Assembly (NCBI GenBank): GCA_964404855.1
Contig: CAYOLO010000002.1
Coordinates: forward strand, 3,494-67,493
DNA length: 64,000 nt
Reading direction: 5' to 3'
Source: an uncultured Gammaproteobacteria bacterium
Lineage (GTDB): Bacteria > Patescibacteriota > Microgenomatia > CAYQLK01
In this document: in pieces, positions 9,019 through 18,622 of the stretch
Position numbering within the stretch: position 1 is the stretch's first letter
How the letters are laid out: every line of letters begins with the position of its first letter
The notes under the pieces: model-generated
What the model was told of the DNA's origin: nothing
The model's input: the letters and a program-made list of their open reading frames with translations, nothing else
Database searches by the model: none
Made by a program: the position numbers and the translations under genes

Positions 9019-10608
9019 TTATTTTTTCTTACTACTAGTTTTTGATGGCATCGCGTCAATAAATTTGGTTGCCGCCATAAGAATTGCAACTAAACCCCAA
9101 AGTGTAAATGCGACTTTTGATGCCTCAAAAATATCAATATATATTGCGTTAGCAAGCAAACCAATAACAGCACAGCTGATTCCAATGACTATCCCTGCAA
9201 TTGTGGGGTCAGTAATTTTTCTAATTGATTTGAAGCTCGCGTATATAACGTAAGCAATTATTCCAAAGAATGAAATAAAACCTGCTAGGCCAGTTTCACC
9301 CAATGATCGTAAATAGTCATTATCGGTCGATTCAGCCTCTGTGAATTCGTATTTTGTAGATTTGGTTAATGTCGAGTATCCTGATCCAAAAATTGGATTT
9401 GCCTTAAAACCGCTAATTGCTTGTGGCCATAACTTATCTAACCTAATTGCTGTAGATAAATCGTATTTAAGGGCGTTATCAGAATATTGTCTTGGTACAG
9501 CAGTCAAGGTTGATTCGCCTGCAGCATTGGTCGCGATGACGTAAATTGGCTGGTCGTTGGTAACATCACTAGGTTTTGTAGAAACAGGTTGTTGATCAGA
9601 CGCAGCTAGAGGACTATCTGGATTGTTTTCCAAAAACGCGGCTTTTTCAGTCGGTTTTTTTGCAAATGGATTTTGGGCTTTTTCAATTAAAGCTGTGAGT
9701 TGATCGTTTTTTATTAATCCGCTAAATCTTGAAGACAAGTCCCCAAACGACAACATAATTACAAGAGAAAACATCATAACAACTGTAAAACTAACGACTG
9801 CCTTGATTTTTTTTCTGTCCCAATAATAAACTCCCGCGACTGCTAAGGAAATTGCGCCCAAATACGCTAGAAACGAAATTCTCGAAGCGGTAAGAATTAA
9901 AATCCAGAAACTAAACACATACAAAACTATTAATCCGAGCTGAATAAGCTTTTTCTTTATCGTTAAAATAAAGCTTAATAGCAGTGTTAATGACATCATT
10001 AAATAGGCAGCCAAATCATAATGACCGCCAAATGTTGACAGCACTCTTGCATGTTCGGTTAAGTAAAGCGCCCAACCTTTCGAAAACTCTCTATTCATTG
10101 TAGAAAAGGCGGGAAAATACATATATTTTTGCGCAAAACCGTACACAGAAATAATCAGTAAAACAATAAAGGCAACGTAAATATATTTTTTAATTTGTTC
10201 TAAAGATTTGATTGACGCAAAAACAATAAAAAACATCGAAAAATACTCCAAACGCCTAAAGTAATGCAAAAACATTTTGCCAATATGATTGGCCTCAGGT
10301 GGAACTGACTGAGTAATAAATATTGCAGACAAACAGGATAACAAGCCGACAACTGCATAAATTATTATTGGCCATGTAAGTGGATTGTTTTTTAAACTAA
10401 CTTTTCCTCGAATTAAATAGATGCCAAAAGTGATAAATGCCAAAAATATCAAAATATCTTCTAAGCGAGCACGAACAATATAACCTGGGAGAATATCGAA
10501 TAAGGGAAATTTTGGATAAACAGGAATAAAAACTATTAGAAAAATAGCTATAAATTCTAAAAGGTGGTTGTCGACAAAATTTAGTATTGCTTTCACTGAT
10601 TTTACCAA
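9019..10608 (-). CDS. Wzy_C-superfamily membrane protein (O-antigen ligase / polymerase / O-oligosaccharyltransferase family)
   Basis: Polytopic. Large loop near the C-terminus has RLDKLWPQAISGFKANPIFGSGYS...DNDYLRSLGETGLAGFISFF, resembling the WaaL/Wzy_C motif R...G.G...HN.YL...E.G..G (with D in place of H). Confidence 0.55.
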   Translation of the reverse strand: MVKSVKAILNFVDNHLLEFIAIFLIVFIPVYPKFPLFDILPGYIVRARLEDILIFLAFITFGIYLIRGKVSLKNNPLTWPIIIYAVVGLLSCLSAIFITQSVPPEANHIGKMFLHYFRRLEYFSMFFIVFASIKSLEQIKKYIYVAFIVLLIISVYGFAQKYMYFPAFSTMNREFSKGWALYLTEHARVLSTFGGHYDLAAYLMMSLTLLLSFILTIKKKLIQLGLIVLYVFSFWILILTASRISFLAYLGAISLAVAGVYYWDRKKIKAVVSFTVVMMFSLVIMLSFGDLSSRFSGLIKNDQLTALIEKAQNPFAKKPTEKAAFLENNPDSPLAASDQQPVSTKPSDVTNDQPIYVIATNAAGESTLTAVPRQYSDNALKYDLSTAIRLDKLWPQAISGFKANPIFGSGYSTLTKSTKYEFTEAESTDNDYLRSLGETGLAGFISFFGIIAYVIYASFKSIRKITDPTIAGIVIGISCAVIGLLANAIYIDIFEASKVAFTLWGLVAILMAATKFIDAMPSKTSSKKK

Positions 10609-11507
10609 ATGGTTTTAATTACTTGTTTGTATATCTGCTTTTTCTGTGTGCTTCTAAGGATTATCCCAAAGATAACAAGTCTTAGCAATGAGCCTATGGT
10701 CAATATTAATTTGATAAGCCAATATTTTATGGGATTAAAGTTTGTTTTTGAAACAAACAACAACCCTTTTACCTCTCCTATTAAGGCATTATCCGTCAAG
10801 CCTTTTGAGCTTTGTTGTCCAACATGAATAACTCGCACATCTGGAGAAAAATATGTTTTAAAACTATTTTTTTTGGCTCTAAGGCAAATATCAATATCCT
10901 CAGCGTATAAAAATATTTTAGGATTAAACCCTCCAAGTTTTCTGAATGTGTTTCTTTTAAAAATCATCATTGCTCCAGTTACCCATCCAGTTTTTTTAGT
11001 TTTTTTATAGTAAGAGTAGGATTTTTTGTGAAGCGAGGGAATAATTTTGTTTAATAATGGAATGTCGTCAACAAAAAACATCCAGAAAAAAATCGATAAT
11101 ACGCCTGGAAGACTACCGTGCGATTGTTGAAGTTCGTAATTAGGATAAAGAATCTTTGTTCCTAAAATTGAAATCTTTTTGTTCGAATCAAAAGTTTTCT
11201 TGATTTTTGGAAGAATTTCTTCGACTTCGTAAGCATCAGAGTTAAAAATCACAAAAAATCGACCTTTAGCTTTTTCTAATCCAAGGTTGTTTGCTCGGCC
11301 AAATCCTAGATTCTCAGGAGCAACTATAAACTTAACACTTTTGGGAAGATTTTTTGACAAATACGCCAGACTACCGTCCTCAGAGTTGTTGTCTACGACA
11401 ATAATTTCGTATTTTGCTTTTTTCTCATGAGAAATTATTGACTTAACTGCTTCGAGCGTTAGTTTTGGCGTGCGAAAATTTACAATAATGTAGCTGAAAT
11501 CAATCAT
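10602..11507 (-). CDS. Glycosyltransferase family 2
   Basis: YIIVNFRTPKLT...IIVVDNNSEDGS...FNSDA motifs. Confidence 0.8.
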   Translation of the reverse strand: MIDFSYIIVNFRTPKLTLEAVKSIISHEKKAKYEIIVVDNNSEDGSLAYLSKNLPKSVKFIVAPENLGFGRANNLGLEKAKGRFFVIFNSDAYEVEEILPKIKKTFDSNKKISILGTKILYPNYELQQSHGSLPGVLSIFFWMFFVDDIPLLNKIIPSLHKKSYSYYKKTKKTGWVTGAMMIFKRNTFRKLGGFNPKIFLYAEDIDICLRAKKNSFKTYFSPDVRVIHVGQQSSKGLTDNALIGEVKGLLFVSKTNFNPIKYWLIKLILTIGSLLRLVIFGIILRSTQKKQIYKQVIKTIW

Positions 11508-11510
11508 TGT

Positions 11511-12113
11511 TTACTGAAATAATTTTGGTCTACCCAATCTGTATTTGTACTCTTTCAGGTTTCTATCTTTTATGTATTTTGCCGGCACACCACCAACCAA
11601 GGTTGACGCGTCAACATCCTTAACAACCACAGACCCAGCAGCAACAACTGCGCCCTTGCCGATAGTTACTCCCGGCAATATTGTTACTCTTGGACCAATA
11701 AAAACATAATCTTCAATGTTTACTGGTGCATTTGTTGCAATAAAATCATTGCTTTCTATATCGTGTTCGGAATTATAGATTCTAACCTCTGAGGCTATAT
11801 CTACATTGTTTCCAATTTTTACTGGTGCTCTTCCGTCAATAAAGGCGTGATCACCAATAATTGTTCCATTACCAATGGTAATATTCATAGGCATATAGAA
11901 CCTGGCCCCATAATGAATGTACGACTTTGAGCCAATTTTTATTCCTGAGGCTTTATAGAATAGATTTCTAATGCTATGTGATGGAACTACACTAATAAAA
12001 TTGAGAATCATTAACCAAAAATCTAACAAATAACTATTTATCCTGATTATAATTTTGATAATTATTTCTGAACTACTTAGAGATTGTCCGTTTTTGTCAG
12101 TTATTCCAATCAT
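11511..12113 (-). CDS. Hexapeptide-repeat (LbH) sugar O-acetyltransferase, WcaF/maltose-acetyltransferase-like
   Basis: Repeated [LIV]-G-x-x-x-x-[LIV] hexapeptides: [15 protein letters not shown]...[13 protein letters not shown]...[25 protein letters not shown]. Confidence 0.8.
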   Translation of the reverse strand: MIGITDKNGQSLSSSEIIIKIIIRINSYLLDFWLMILNFISVVPSHSIRNLFYKASGIKIGSKSYIHYGARFYMPMNITIGNGTIIGDHAFIDGRAPVKIGNNVDIASEVRIYNSEHDIESNDFIATNAPVNIEDYVFIGPRVTILPGVTIGKGAVVAAGSVVVKDVDASTLVGGVPAKYIKDRNLKEYKYRLGRPKLFQ

Positions 12114-12117
12114 ATAT

Positions 12118-13224
12118 TTAGTCTACAATACTTGAGATAAACTCGTAAGTTTGTTTTGCATTTTCTTGCCATGAAAATTTTAAAATCTGTTTTTGAGCAT
12201 TATTAATTAAATTATTTTTAATTTTTTTGTCATTTTGTAAGATAGAAATTTTTTCCGCAATATCTTTTGGGTTATGGGGGTCGACAAATAATCCCGCATT
12301 ACCTGCCGCCTCAGAAAGGCTCGAATTTTTCGAAACTATGACCGGACATCCGCATGCTAAAGCCTCAACCACAGGAATACCAAATCCTTCATAAAATGAC
12401 GGAAGAATTAGGCTGTCTGCCAATGAAATAATTACCGGTAAATCTTCGTCGGGTACATAATCAGTAAATGTTATTCTGTTTCTAAAATTCTTCGCGTTTT
12501 CAAAAATCGGGTCAAAAAGCCAACCTTTTTTGCCAACTACAACCAAATTAAAATCGTGATTGAACTTCATTGCGGAAATAACTCCTTGAATATTCTTCCT
12601 CGGTTGTACAGTTCCTACAAATACTGTGAAATTTTTCGGCAAAGCGTATTTTTTAATCACAGACTCCTTGGATTTTATATTTGTAATTTTTTTAAAAATA
12701 TCGGTGTTGTACCCTGGATATATCACTTTTATTGGTTTATTTAAGTCTGGGTAATATTTCTGAATGTCGTTGCGTGTTGAGTTAGAAATAGTAATTATTC
12801 CATCGCAAGCTTTCAGTGAAATATTTGTCCATTTTTTTAACTGGATAAGATCTTTTTTGGCAAAATGTTCAGGGAACTTCAAATATGCCAAATCAAAAAT
12901 AACAATTATTTTTTTAACTCCCTCAATGTTTGGCGTATAGTGGCCAGGCGTAAACAAAACCGAAATTTTTGGTTTTTTGAATTTAATCCTTAATGGTAGT
13001 GCAAAACGCGTCCACAACTTTTGTGGACCAAATACTTCATATTCAATATTATCCCCATGCGGCATGTGTGGTAGCGGTTGGGACTTGAGCAGTATTTTAA
13101 ATTTTTTTTCTGGATAAGATTTAGTTAAGTTAATAATTATTTGTAAAGCGTAGTGATTACTCCCAACTGGTCGAGCTATGTTTGCCTCATTCCCGTCGAT
13201 TGCGATGAACTTAGACTCTTTCAT
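12118..13224 (-). CDS. Glycosyltransferase family 4
   Basis: [32 protein letters not shown] motif. Tandem paralog of the next gene. Confidence 0.8.
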   Translation of the reverse strand: MKESKFIAIDGNEANIARPVGSNHYALQIIINLTKSYPEKKFKILLKSQPLPHMPHGDNIEYEVFGPQKLWTRFALPLRIKFKKPKISVLFTPGHYTPNIEGVKKIIVIFDLAYLKFPEHFAKKDLIQLKKWTNISLKACDGIITISNSTRNDIQKYYPDLNKPIKVIYPGYNTDIFKKITNIKSKESVIKKYALPKNFTVFVGTVQPRKNIQGVISAMKFNHDFNLVVVGKKGWLFDPIFENAKNFRNRITFTDYVPDEDLPVIISLADSLILPSFYEGFGIPVVEALACGCPVIVSKNSSLSEAAGNAGLFVDPHNPKDIAEKISILQNDKKIKNNLINNAQKQILKFSWQENAKQTYEFISSIVD

Positions 13225-14305
13225 AAATTGATATTAACTTTTTGGCTGAGTTATTCCAAGAAAAACTTTCCGCTTGTTCTTGAGATTTTAATTTTACGAT
13301 TTTAATTGAGTTTGTTGTTAAAGATAAAAATTTTATAATTTTATGAACCAAGTCATTTTCATCTTTTGGGTCAAAATACATAGCTGCCTGACCACCAGCT
13401 TCTGGCATTGAGGACGTATTAGACGCAATAACTGGCGTACCAAATCTCATTGCTTCAATTATTGGCAGTCCAAACCCTTCATATAAAGAAGGGTAAATAA
13501 ATAAGGCGGAATTTCTATATACAGAAACCAACTCACCGTCTGAAACAAAACCTGTCTGAGTAATATTGTCACTTGTGGGTAAATTGATATTACCCCAACC
13601 TTTTGGTCCGACTATAACTAGTTGATATTTTTTATCAAGATTTATTTTATTGAAAGCGTTAACTAATAAATTAAGATTTTTTCTGGGCTGTAATGTTGAA
13701 ACACTTAAAAAATAAGGTTTAGTTATTTTAAATTTTTTTGAGACATCGTTAAAACTGCTGGATTTTTTATTTTGTATTTTAGTACTTGGGTAAACAATCT
13801 CTGTTTTATTAATATCGAATTCAAAATATCTAAAGAAGTCGTCTCGGCACGACTTTGATAAGAATGTAATAAAAGATGCATACTTTACTGCTCTCTCCAT
13901 ACGCGTTTGGTGCACTCTTACAGTCTTTACCGTATGATCTTCTGGCATAATTTTTGTTGTTAAGTCGTAAATAGGCACAATAATCTTTGCTTTTTTTGAT
14001 CTTGGGGTTAGCCAATCAGAACAAACAAAAACATTAATGCCGGAACAAAAATAATCTATAGGAACATTAAACTTGTGAAAAATTAACTCAAATACTGAAA
14101 CAGGAAAGGGGTATATTTTTGTTTTAGCTTGGGGATAATTTGAACAGAATTTCTTTAGTTTAAAATACCCTCTTAAACTTGTTCCAAATAATACGTATGT
14201 GTTTTTTTTATCTAGACTAATTACTGACTCGACCAAGTCAGCCGTTAAGTTCGAAACACCTGTACCATAAATAATTTGTGAAACATCGATAGCTATTTTT
14301 TTCAT
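13211..14305 (-). CDS. Glycosyltransferase family 4
   Basis: [32 protein letters not shown] motif. Confidence 0.8.
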   Translation of the reverse strand: MKKIAIDVSQIIYGTGVSNLTADLVESVISLDKKNTYVLFGTSLRGYFKLKKFCSNYPQAKTKIYPFPVSVFELIFHKFNVPIDYFCSGINVFVCSDWLTPRSKKAKIIVPIYDLTTKIMPEDHTVKTVRVHQTRMERAVKYASFITFLSKSCRDDFFRYFEFDINKTEIVYPSTKIQNKKSSSFNDVSKKFKITKPYFLSVSTLQPRKNLNLLVNAFNKINLDKKYQLVIVGPKGWGNINLPTSDNITQTGFVSDGELVSVYRNSALFIYPSLYEGFGLPIIEAMRFGTPVIASNTSSMPEAGGQAAMYFDPKDENDLVHKIIKFLSLTTNSIKIVKLKSQEQAESFSWNNSAKKLISIYERV

Positions 14306-15738
14306 TTTTTAATAAAAATCTTTACGCTGCCTATTTTATTGAAACTATAACCAGTTATTTCAGAATAATATGTTTTCAAAAAATTTTCTGTAATTAAGCT
14401 TGGATCAGTCAAATCTGAAAGATAGCTGTAATAAATAATATGATCATATTTTAGTAAAATTTGCTGTTTTTCAGTTGGAATTTTATTCATTATGAACTCA
14501 TCCCCTGCCCCAACGGCCTTACTCGTATTATAGTAATAATAAATATCGTACGGCACCTTAGTTGAAAAAACTGTCATTGCATTGGGGTATTTGGAACTTA
14601 AAAAATCGGAATATACTTTTGCCCCTTTCCAATCTTCTCTCCAAAATATCGGGTTAGCAAAATAAAGAAAAATAAAAATAAAATTGGAAACAAGAATAAA
14701 ATAAAACCCATTTTTAATAATTTGAGGATTGATTTTGAGACTTATTATAATCAAATAAATAAATGGAATTAAAAATAGCAATCTAAAGTACGAATATATT
14801 GGTAGAAAAGCTGCAATTGTCGTAACAAGCATAAAAGTGCTTAAAAAAATTATTAAAACAGGATTAAATTGCCTTTTTACCAAAAAATATACTATTGCCA
14901 ATAAATAGACAGCAGTATTTAGTAGCGCAACTATTGATATATACACTGAATAATTAAAATCAACTAAGCCAGTAGAAGTTTTTATAAAAAATTGAAAAAA
15001 GTTTTTTAAAAAGTTATTACTGCCAATTACATTTTGCCAGCCACTAAATGATGAAGAGATATTGCTTCCAGAAACTAGTTGAGTCTTAAAGATTGGAAAC
15101 ATTAAACTTGAAATAATTACAGAGATAATTGAAATCGAAAATATATAAGTAAGATTCTTTTTTTTATTCTTCCATAAAATATATCCCATATATATCGATG
15201 AGCTAAAAACATACAAATAAGCAATGTAGTTTAGATAGATGATTAAAATATTTGTAATAAAAAATAAGGTGCAGTATTTTTTTGAAAACTTTTTTCTCAC
15301 TAGTAATAAAAAATATAGATTTAAAATCACGATTAATCCCGTAAGAGAATATGGTCTTGCTTCAAATGAATAAGTAATTAAGATCGGTGAAGTCGCAACA
15401 AGTATTGAAGGCCAAAGCTGAAAATTTTTATTTTTAATAACTTCTTTAGAAATTAAATATGTAACTAAAACTGTTAATACACCAGCAATAAGTGCGGGCA
15501 AACGAAAAACATATTCATCTGACCCTAAAAGGAAATAAAAAAGTTTTTGAATTATGAAATATAATGGCGGATGAAAATCGCCCAATAAAAAGACATTAAA
15601 ATATTCCTTAATGCTAAAATTAATCGCAGTCTGAGCAGCAATTCCTTCATCTAACCAAAAACTCTGATTCCAACTAAGAACTCTAAGAATAAGAGCAAAT
15701 ACGAGAACAATAATTATTGGTTTGTTTATTTTTTTCAT
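14302..15738 (-). CDS. GT-C fold membrane glycosyltransferase, ArnT/PMT_2 (GT39/GT83-like)
   Basis: SFWLDEGIAAQTA...DFHPPLYF...FRLPALIAG are the canonical DE, HPPL and R-L-P motifs. Start chosen at the internal MKKINKP, making a 4-bp ATGA overlap with the upstream gene. The ORF-track start at 15843 is probably too long. Confidence 0.7.
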   Translation of the reverse strand: MKKINKPIIIVLVFALILRVLSWNQSFWLDEGIAAQTAINFSIKEYFNVFLLGDFHPPLYFIIQKLFYFLLGSDEYVFRLPALIAGVLTVLVTYLISKEVIKNKNFQLWPSILVATSPILITYSFEARPYSLTGLIVILNLYFLLLVRKKFSKKYCTLFFITNILIIYLNYIAYLYVFSSSIYMGYILWKNKKKNLTYIFSISIISVIISSLMFPIFKTQLVSGSNISSSFSGWQNVIGSNNFLKNFFQFFIKTSTGLVDFNYSVYISIVALLNTAVYLLAIVYFLVKRQFNPVLIIFLSTFMLVTTIAAFLPIYSYFRLLFLIPFIYLIIISLKINPQIIKNGFYFILVSNFIFIFLYFANPIFWREDWKGAKVYSDFLSSKYPNAMTVFSTKVPYDIYYYYNTSKAVGAGDEFIMNKIPTEKQQILLKYDHIIYYSYLSDLTDPSLITENFLKTYYSEITGYSFNKIGSVKIFIKK

Positions 15739-16865
15739 GATACAAAGGTTCCTGAGACAAACAGTGATAGAAAAAATATTTGAAGCAATATAAACAAAAC
15801 AAGGAGCGGGTAAATAAATATTGGCTTTAGGTAGGCAATACAAATAAATACTGGGAATGCTGTAAGCGCGTACCTCGGCATCGAACTAAATGTTCCCGTT
15901 AGCGGCGGCACCAATACTACCAGTAGTGTATATACGATTAATGGTTTTGGAAGTTTTTTTATAAACAGCATTGGAATAGCTAAGAAGCTAAGTGTAATAA
16001 AAATTTCCGTTAGAGCCAAAACAAATGCGTTCGATGTAAGTGAAACCGTAATTAGTATTTTGAAATAACGAAAAATAACTTGTGGCAGTAGTACAAAATC
16101 ACTGCTTCTTGAGTTACCAAAATAATTTTGGGCATGAATAAAATATAAAAAGTCACCGTATTTAATCTGTAGAAATATCATGTAGCTGACAAGACCAAGT
16201 GGAATTAAAAAAACAGGTAAAATTGTTTTCTTTTGTTTATAAAAATAGGTAATCATTAGTGCGGGTAATATAAAAATGCCTGCAAGGCGAGTTGCTGTTG
16301 CAAAAACACCAAAACCAACAGATAGAAATATTCGGTTAATAAAAAAATAGTAAAAAGATGCTGTTGTCAGCATTAAAAATAACCCTTCGTTATATACAGA
16401 ATTAAAAAAGAAAGAAAATGGATAACAAAGTATTAAAAGAATCACAATTTTGTATTCGATTTGGATAAAATATTTTTTTACAATTTTTTGTATGTAAATT
16501 AATGAAACAAGTAAACAGATATTGTTTATCGCAATACCTATGAATAATTTGGGGGTCACACCAAAAGACAAAATATTAATTAACAATGGATAAAATGGAA
16601 AAAATGCTTGTGTATATTGATTTGCATAGCCATCCGAAGCAATATTTAGATAATGAACACCATCAAATCCACCCCAAACATAAGATGATAATAATCCGTA
16701 TTCCCTTACAAGATTTTCAAAATATGGATAGGTTGGATTAAACTCTAAAATCTTTGCGAGATAAACGCCTAATACTGTTAATACTAGCTTCCATAATATA
16801 AATACAAAAAATACAAATCTATATTCTTTGTATTTTTTTTTAATGAACGATTTGTTGATAAACAT
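15735..16865 (-). CDS. Polytopic membrane glycosyltransferase, GT87/DUF2029 or PIG-V-like mannosyltransferase family
   Basis: GGFDGVHYLNIASDGYANQYTQAFFPFYPLL matches the D..HY..IA..GY...AFFPLYP motif of PIG-V/DUF2029-type mannosyltransferases. ~10 TM helices. Confidence 0.45.
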   Translation of the reverse strand: MFINKSFIKKKYKEYRFVFFVFILWKLVLTVLGVYLAKILEFNPTYPYFENLVREYGLLSSYVWGGFDGVHYLNIASDGYANQYTQAFFPFYPLLINILSFGVTPKLFIGIAINNICLLVSLIYIQKIVKKYFIQIEYKIVILLILCYPFSFFFNSVYNEGLFLMLTTASFYYFFINRIFLSVGFGVFATATRLAGIFILPALMITYFYKQKKTILPVFLIPLGLVSYMIFLQIKYGDFLYFIHAQNYFGNSRSSDFVLLPQVIFRYFKILITVSLTSNAFVLALTEIFITLSFLAIPMLFIKKLPKPLIVYTLLVVLVPPLTGTFSSMPRYALTAFPVFICIAYLKPIFIYPLLVLFILLQIFFLSLFVSGTFVS

Positions 16866-17859
16866 CAGAAGTTAATTTTGCCGTTTTTTCCCATGTAAAT
16901 TTTTGATTATTTTTAATTGAATCGTTTGATAACTGATCATATTCCGATTTATTAAGTGTAGTTATTTGATTTATGGTATCAATAATACTTTTTTTCGAAT
17001 ATGGATCGAAATATCTTGCAGCAGTACCACCTACTTCAGGCAGACAAGATATGTTCGATGTGGCAACTGGTGTACCACACGCCATTGATTCAAGAATTGG
17101 AAAACCAAACCCTTCATCCCAAGAAGGAACAACTGTTAGGTGTGCTAAATTGTAAATATCTACAAGGTCGTTTGCTGACTCGATTTCGCCAATAATTTGA
17201 GAATTTTTTGAATTTGCAACCATTTTTTTAATCTTAATTACTTCTGCTGAATGACCACTAAATGGCCTACCGGCTAAAAACAGTCTGATTTTAAAACTCT
17301 CAGCGGCTTGAATTAGGCGGATAACGTTTTTGTTGGGATTAATATCGCCTAGGTAAAGTACAAATTTATCAGGAAGTTTATATTTTTTTTGGGTTTGAAT
17401 TAATTCTTTTTTTTGTTTTTTTACAAAAATTGGATCAGCCGCTAGTGGAATAGAATATATTTTTTGAGGATTAATACCTGTAAGGACTGAAATACGCTTT
17501 TTTGAATGCAAACTGTCTGTAATTATTGCATCGGCTTTTTTTAATTTTTGTTTTTGAATTTGCCATTTAATTGCACCTTTTATTCCTTTTGGGAAAATTT
17601 TTGGATAATCAATGGGAATTAGATCATGGACAGTAATAACGGTGGGGCGAGTAAACCTACTAGGCAACGTTAAAAAAAATGGATCAAAATATGGATAATG
17701 CACCACATCTGGTTCGTCGCTGTAACTATCAACTAATCTGACAAGACTTTCCGACTTAAGCGAATTAACTAGGTTATTAATATAAGTTCCAGATCCTCTG
17801 GCTTTATGCCCAGTAATCAAGCGGGTCTGGTCGATCAATACTTTGGTTTTTTGACTCAT
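16840..17859 (-). CDS. Glycosyltransferase family 4
   Basis: WDEGFGFPILESMACGTPVATSNISCLPEVGG motif. Confidence 0.8.
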   Translation of the reverse strand: MSQKTKVLIDQTRLITGHKARGSGTYINNLVNSLKSESLVRLVDSYSDEPDVVHYPYFDPFFLTLPSRFTRPTVITVHDLIPIDYPKIFPKGIKGAIKWQIQKQKLKKADAIITDSLHSKKRISVLTGINPQKIYSIPLAADPIFVKKQKKELIQTQKKYKLPDKFVLYLGDINPNKNVIRLIQAAESFKIRLFLAGRPFSGHSAEVIKIKKMVANSKNSQIIGEIESANDLVDIYNLAHLTVVPSWDEGFGFPILESMACGTPVATSNISCLPEVGGTAARYFDPYSKKSIIDTINQITTLNKSEYDQLSNDSIKNNQKFTWEKTAKLTSDVYQQIVH

Positions 17860-18622
17860 AATATTTTAAGTACGTAGAAATATAATGGAATCCAGAATAA
17901 AGCGAAAACGCAAAACCTGCCATACCATCCCGAAATCCTTGATGACGAAAATATAGTAAAAAAAATGTTTTTATAGGATAAAAAAATAAATACTTAACAG
18001 AAAAACCAAAGGTTATTTTTGTCTCAGCTGCCTTAAGATATCTGGCGTCCATACTACTGTATCTATTTGAACGAATTAGATATCTAGTAAAACTTACATC
18101 TCCATAATGCAGCATGTCGTTTTTTACCCAACCTATTTCTCCATCAATTTCAATCTGTTCGTGTGTGGCTTTGGCTGGAACCCTGCCTTTCCCTTTTTTA
18201 AACAATCTAATGACTGGGTCCGGATAGTTTGCAGTTTTTTTCATCCAGTGAGCTAAAAAATAATTTTTTCTGGGAATGTAATATCCTGCATACTTACTGC
18301 CATTTAAAATAATTTTTGAAATTTCTTCTTTTAAGTCTGATGTTAACTCTTCGTCAGCATCTAACTGAAAAATCCAATCTCCTTGACAGATGTCGATTGC
18401 TTTTTGCTTATTAACATGAAAGTGTGGTGGATTATCCACAACAAAAACTTTGGCTCCTAATTTTTTGGCTAATTTAACTGTGTTATCGGAGGATGATCCG
18501 TCAAAAATTACAATTTCATCTGCCCAACCCTTTACAGAATTAAGCGAGTGTTCAATATTTTTTTCTTCGTTGTACGTTGCCATCGCAATCGACAACTTAA
18601 TAGCTTTATTTTTTACAGTCAT
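17804..18622 (-). CDS. Glycosyltransferase family 2 (WaaE/KdtX-like subfamily)
   Basis: LSIAMATYNEEKNI...FDGSSSDNT...QLDADEE. Paralog of 26097..26906. Confidence 0.8.
   Translation of the reverse strand: MTVKNKAIKLSIAMATYNEEKNIEHSLNSVKGWADEIVIFDGSSSDNTVKLAKKLGAKVFVVDNPPHFHVNKQKAIDICQGDWIFQLDADEELTSDLKEEISKIILNGSKYAGYYIPRKNYFLAHWMKKTANYPDPVIRLFKKGKGRVPAKATHEQIEIDGEIGWVKNDMLHYGDVSFTRYLIRSNRYSSMDARYLKAAETKITFGFSVKYLFFYPIKTFFLLYFRHQGFRDGMAGFAFSLYSGFHYISTYLKYYESKNQSIDRPDPLDYWA

Noticed and set aside
14302-15843. Long version of the ArnT-like ORF starting at 15843 (MYCLPKANIYLPAPCF...)
   Set aside because: The first 35 codons overlap the upstream gene by 108 bp and encode a Cys-rich non-membrane peptide. 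The internal MKKINKP start gives a classic ATGA-coupled junction and a sensible N-terminal TM helix, so the shorter form is reported.
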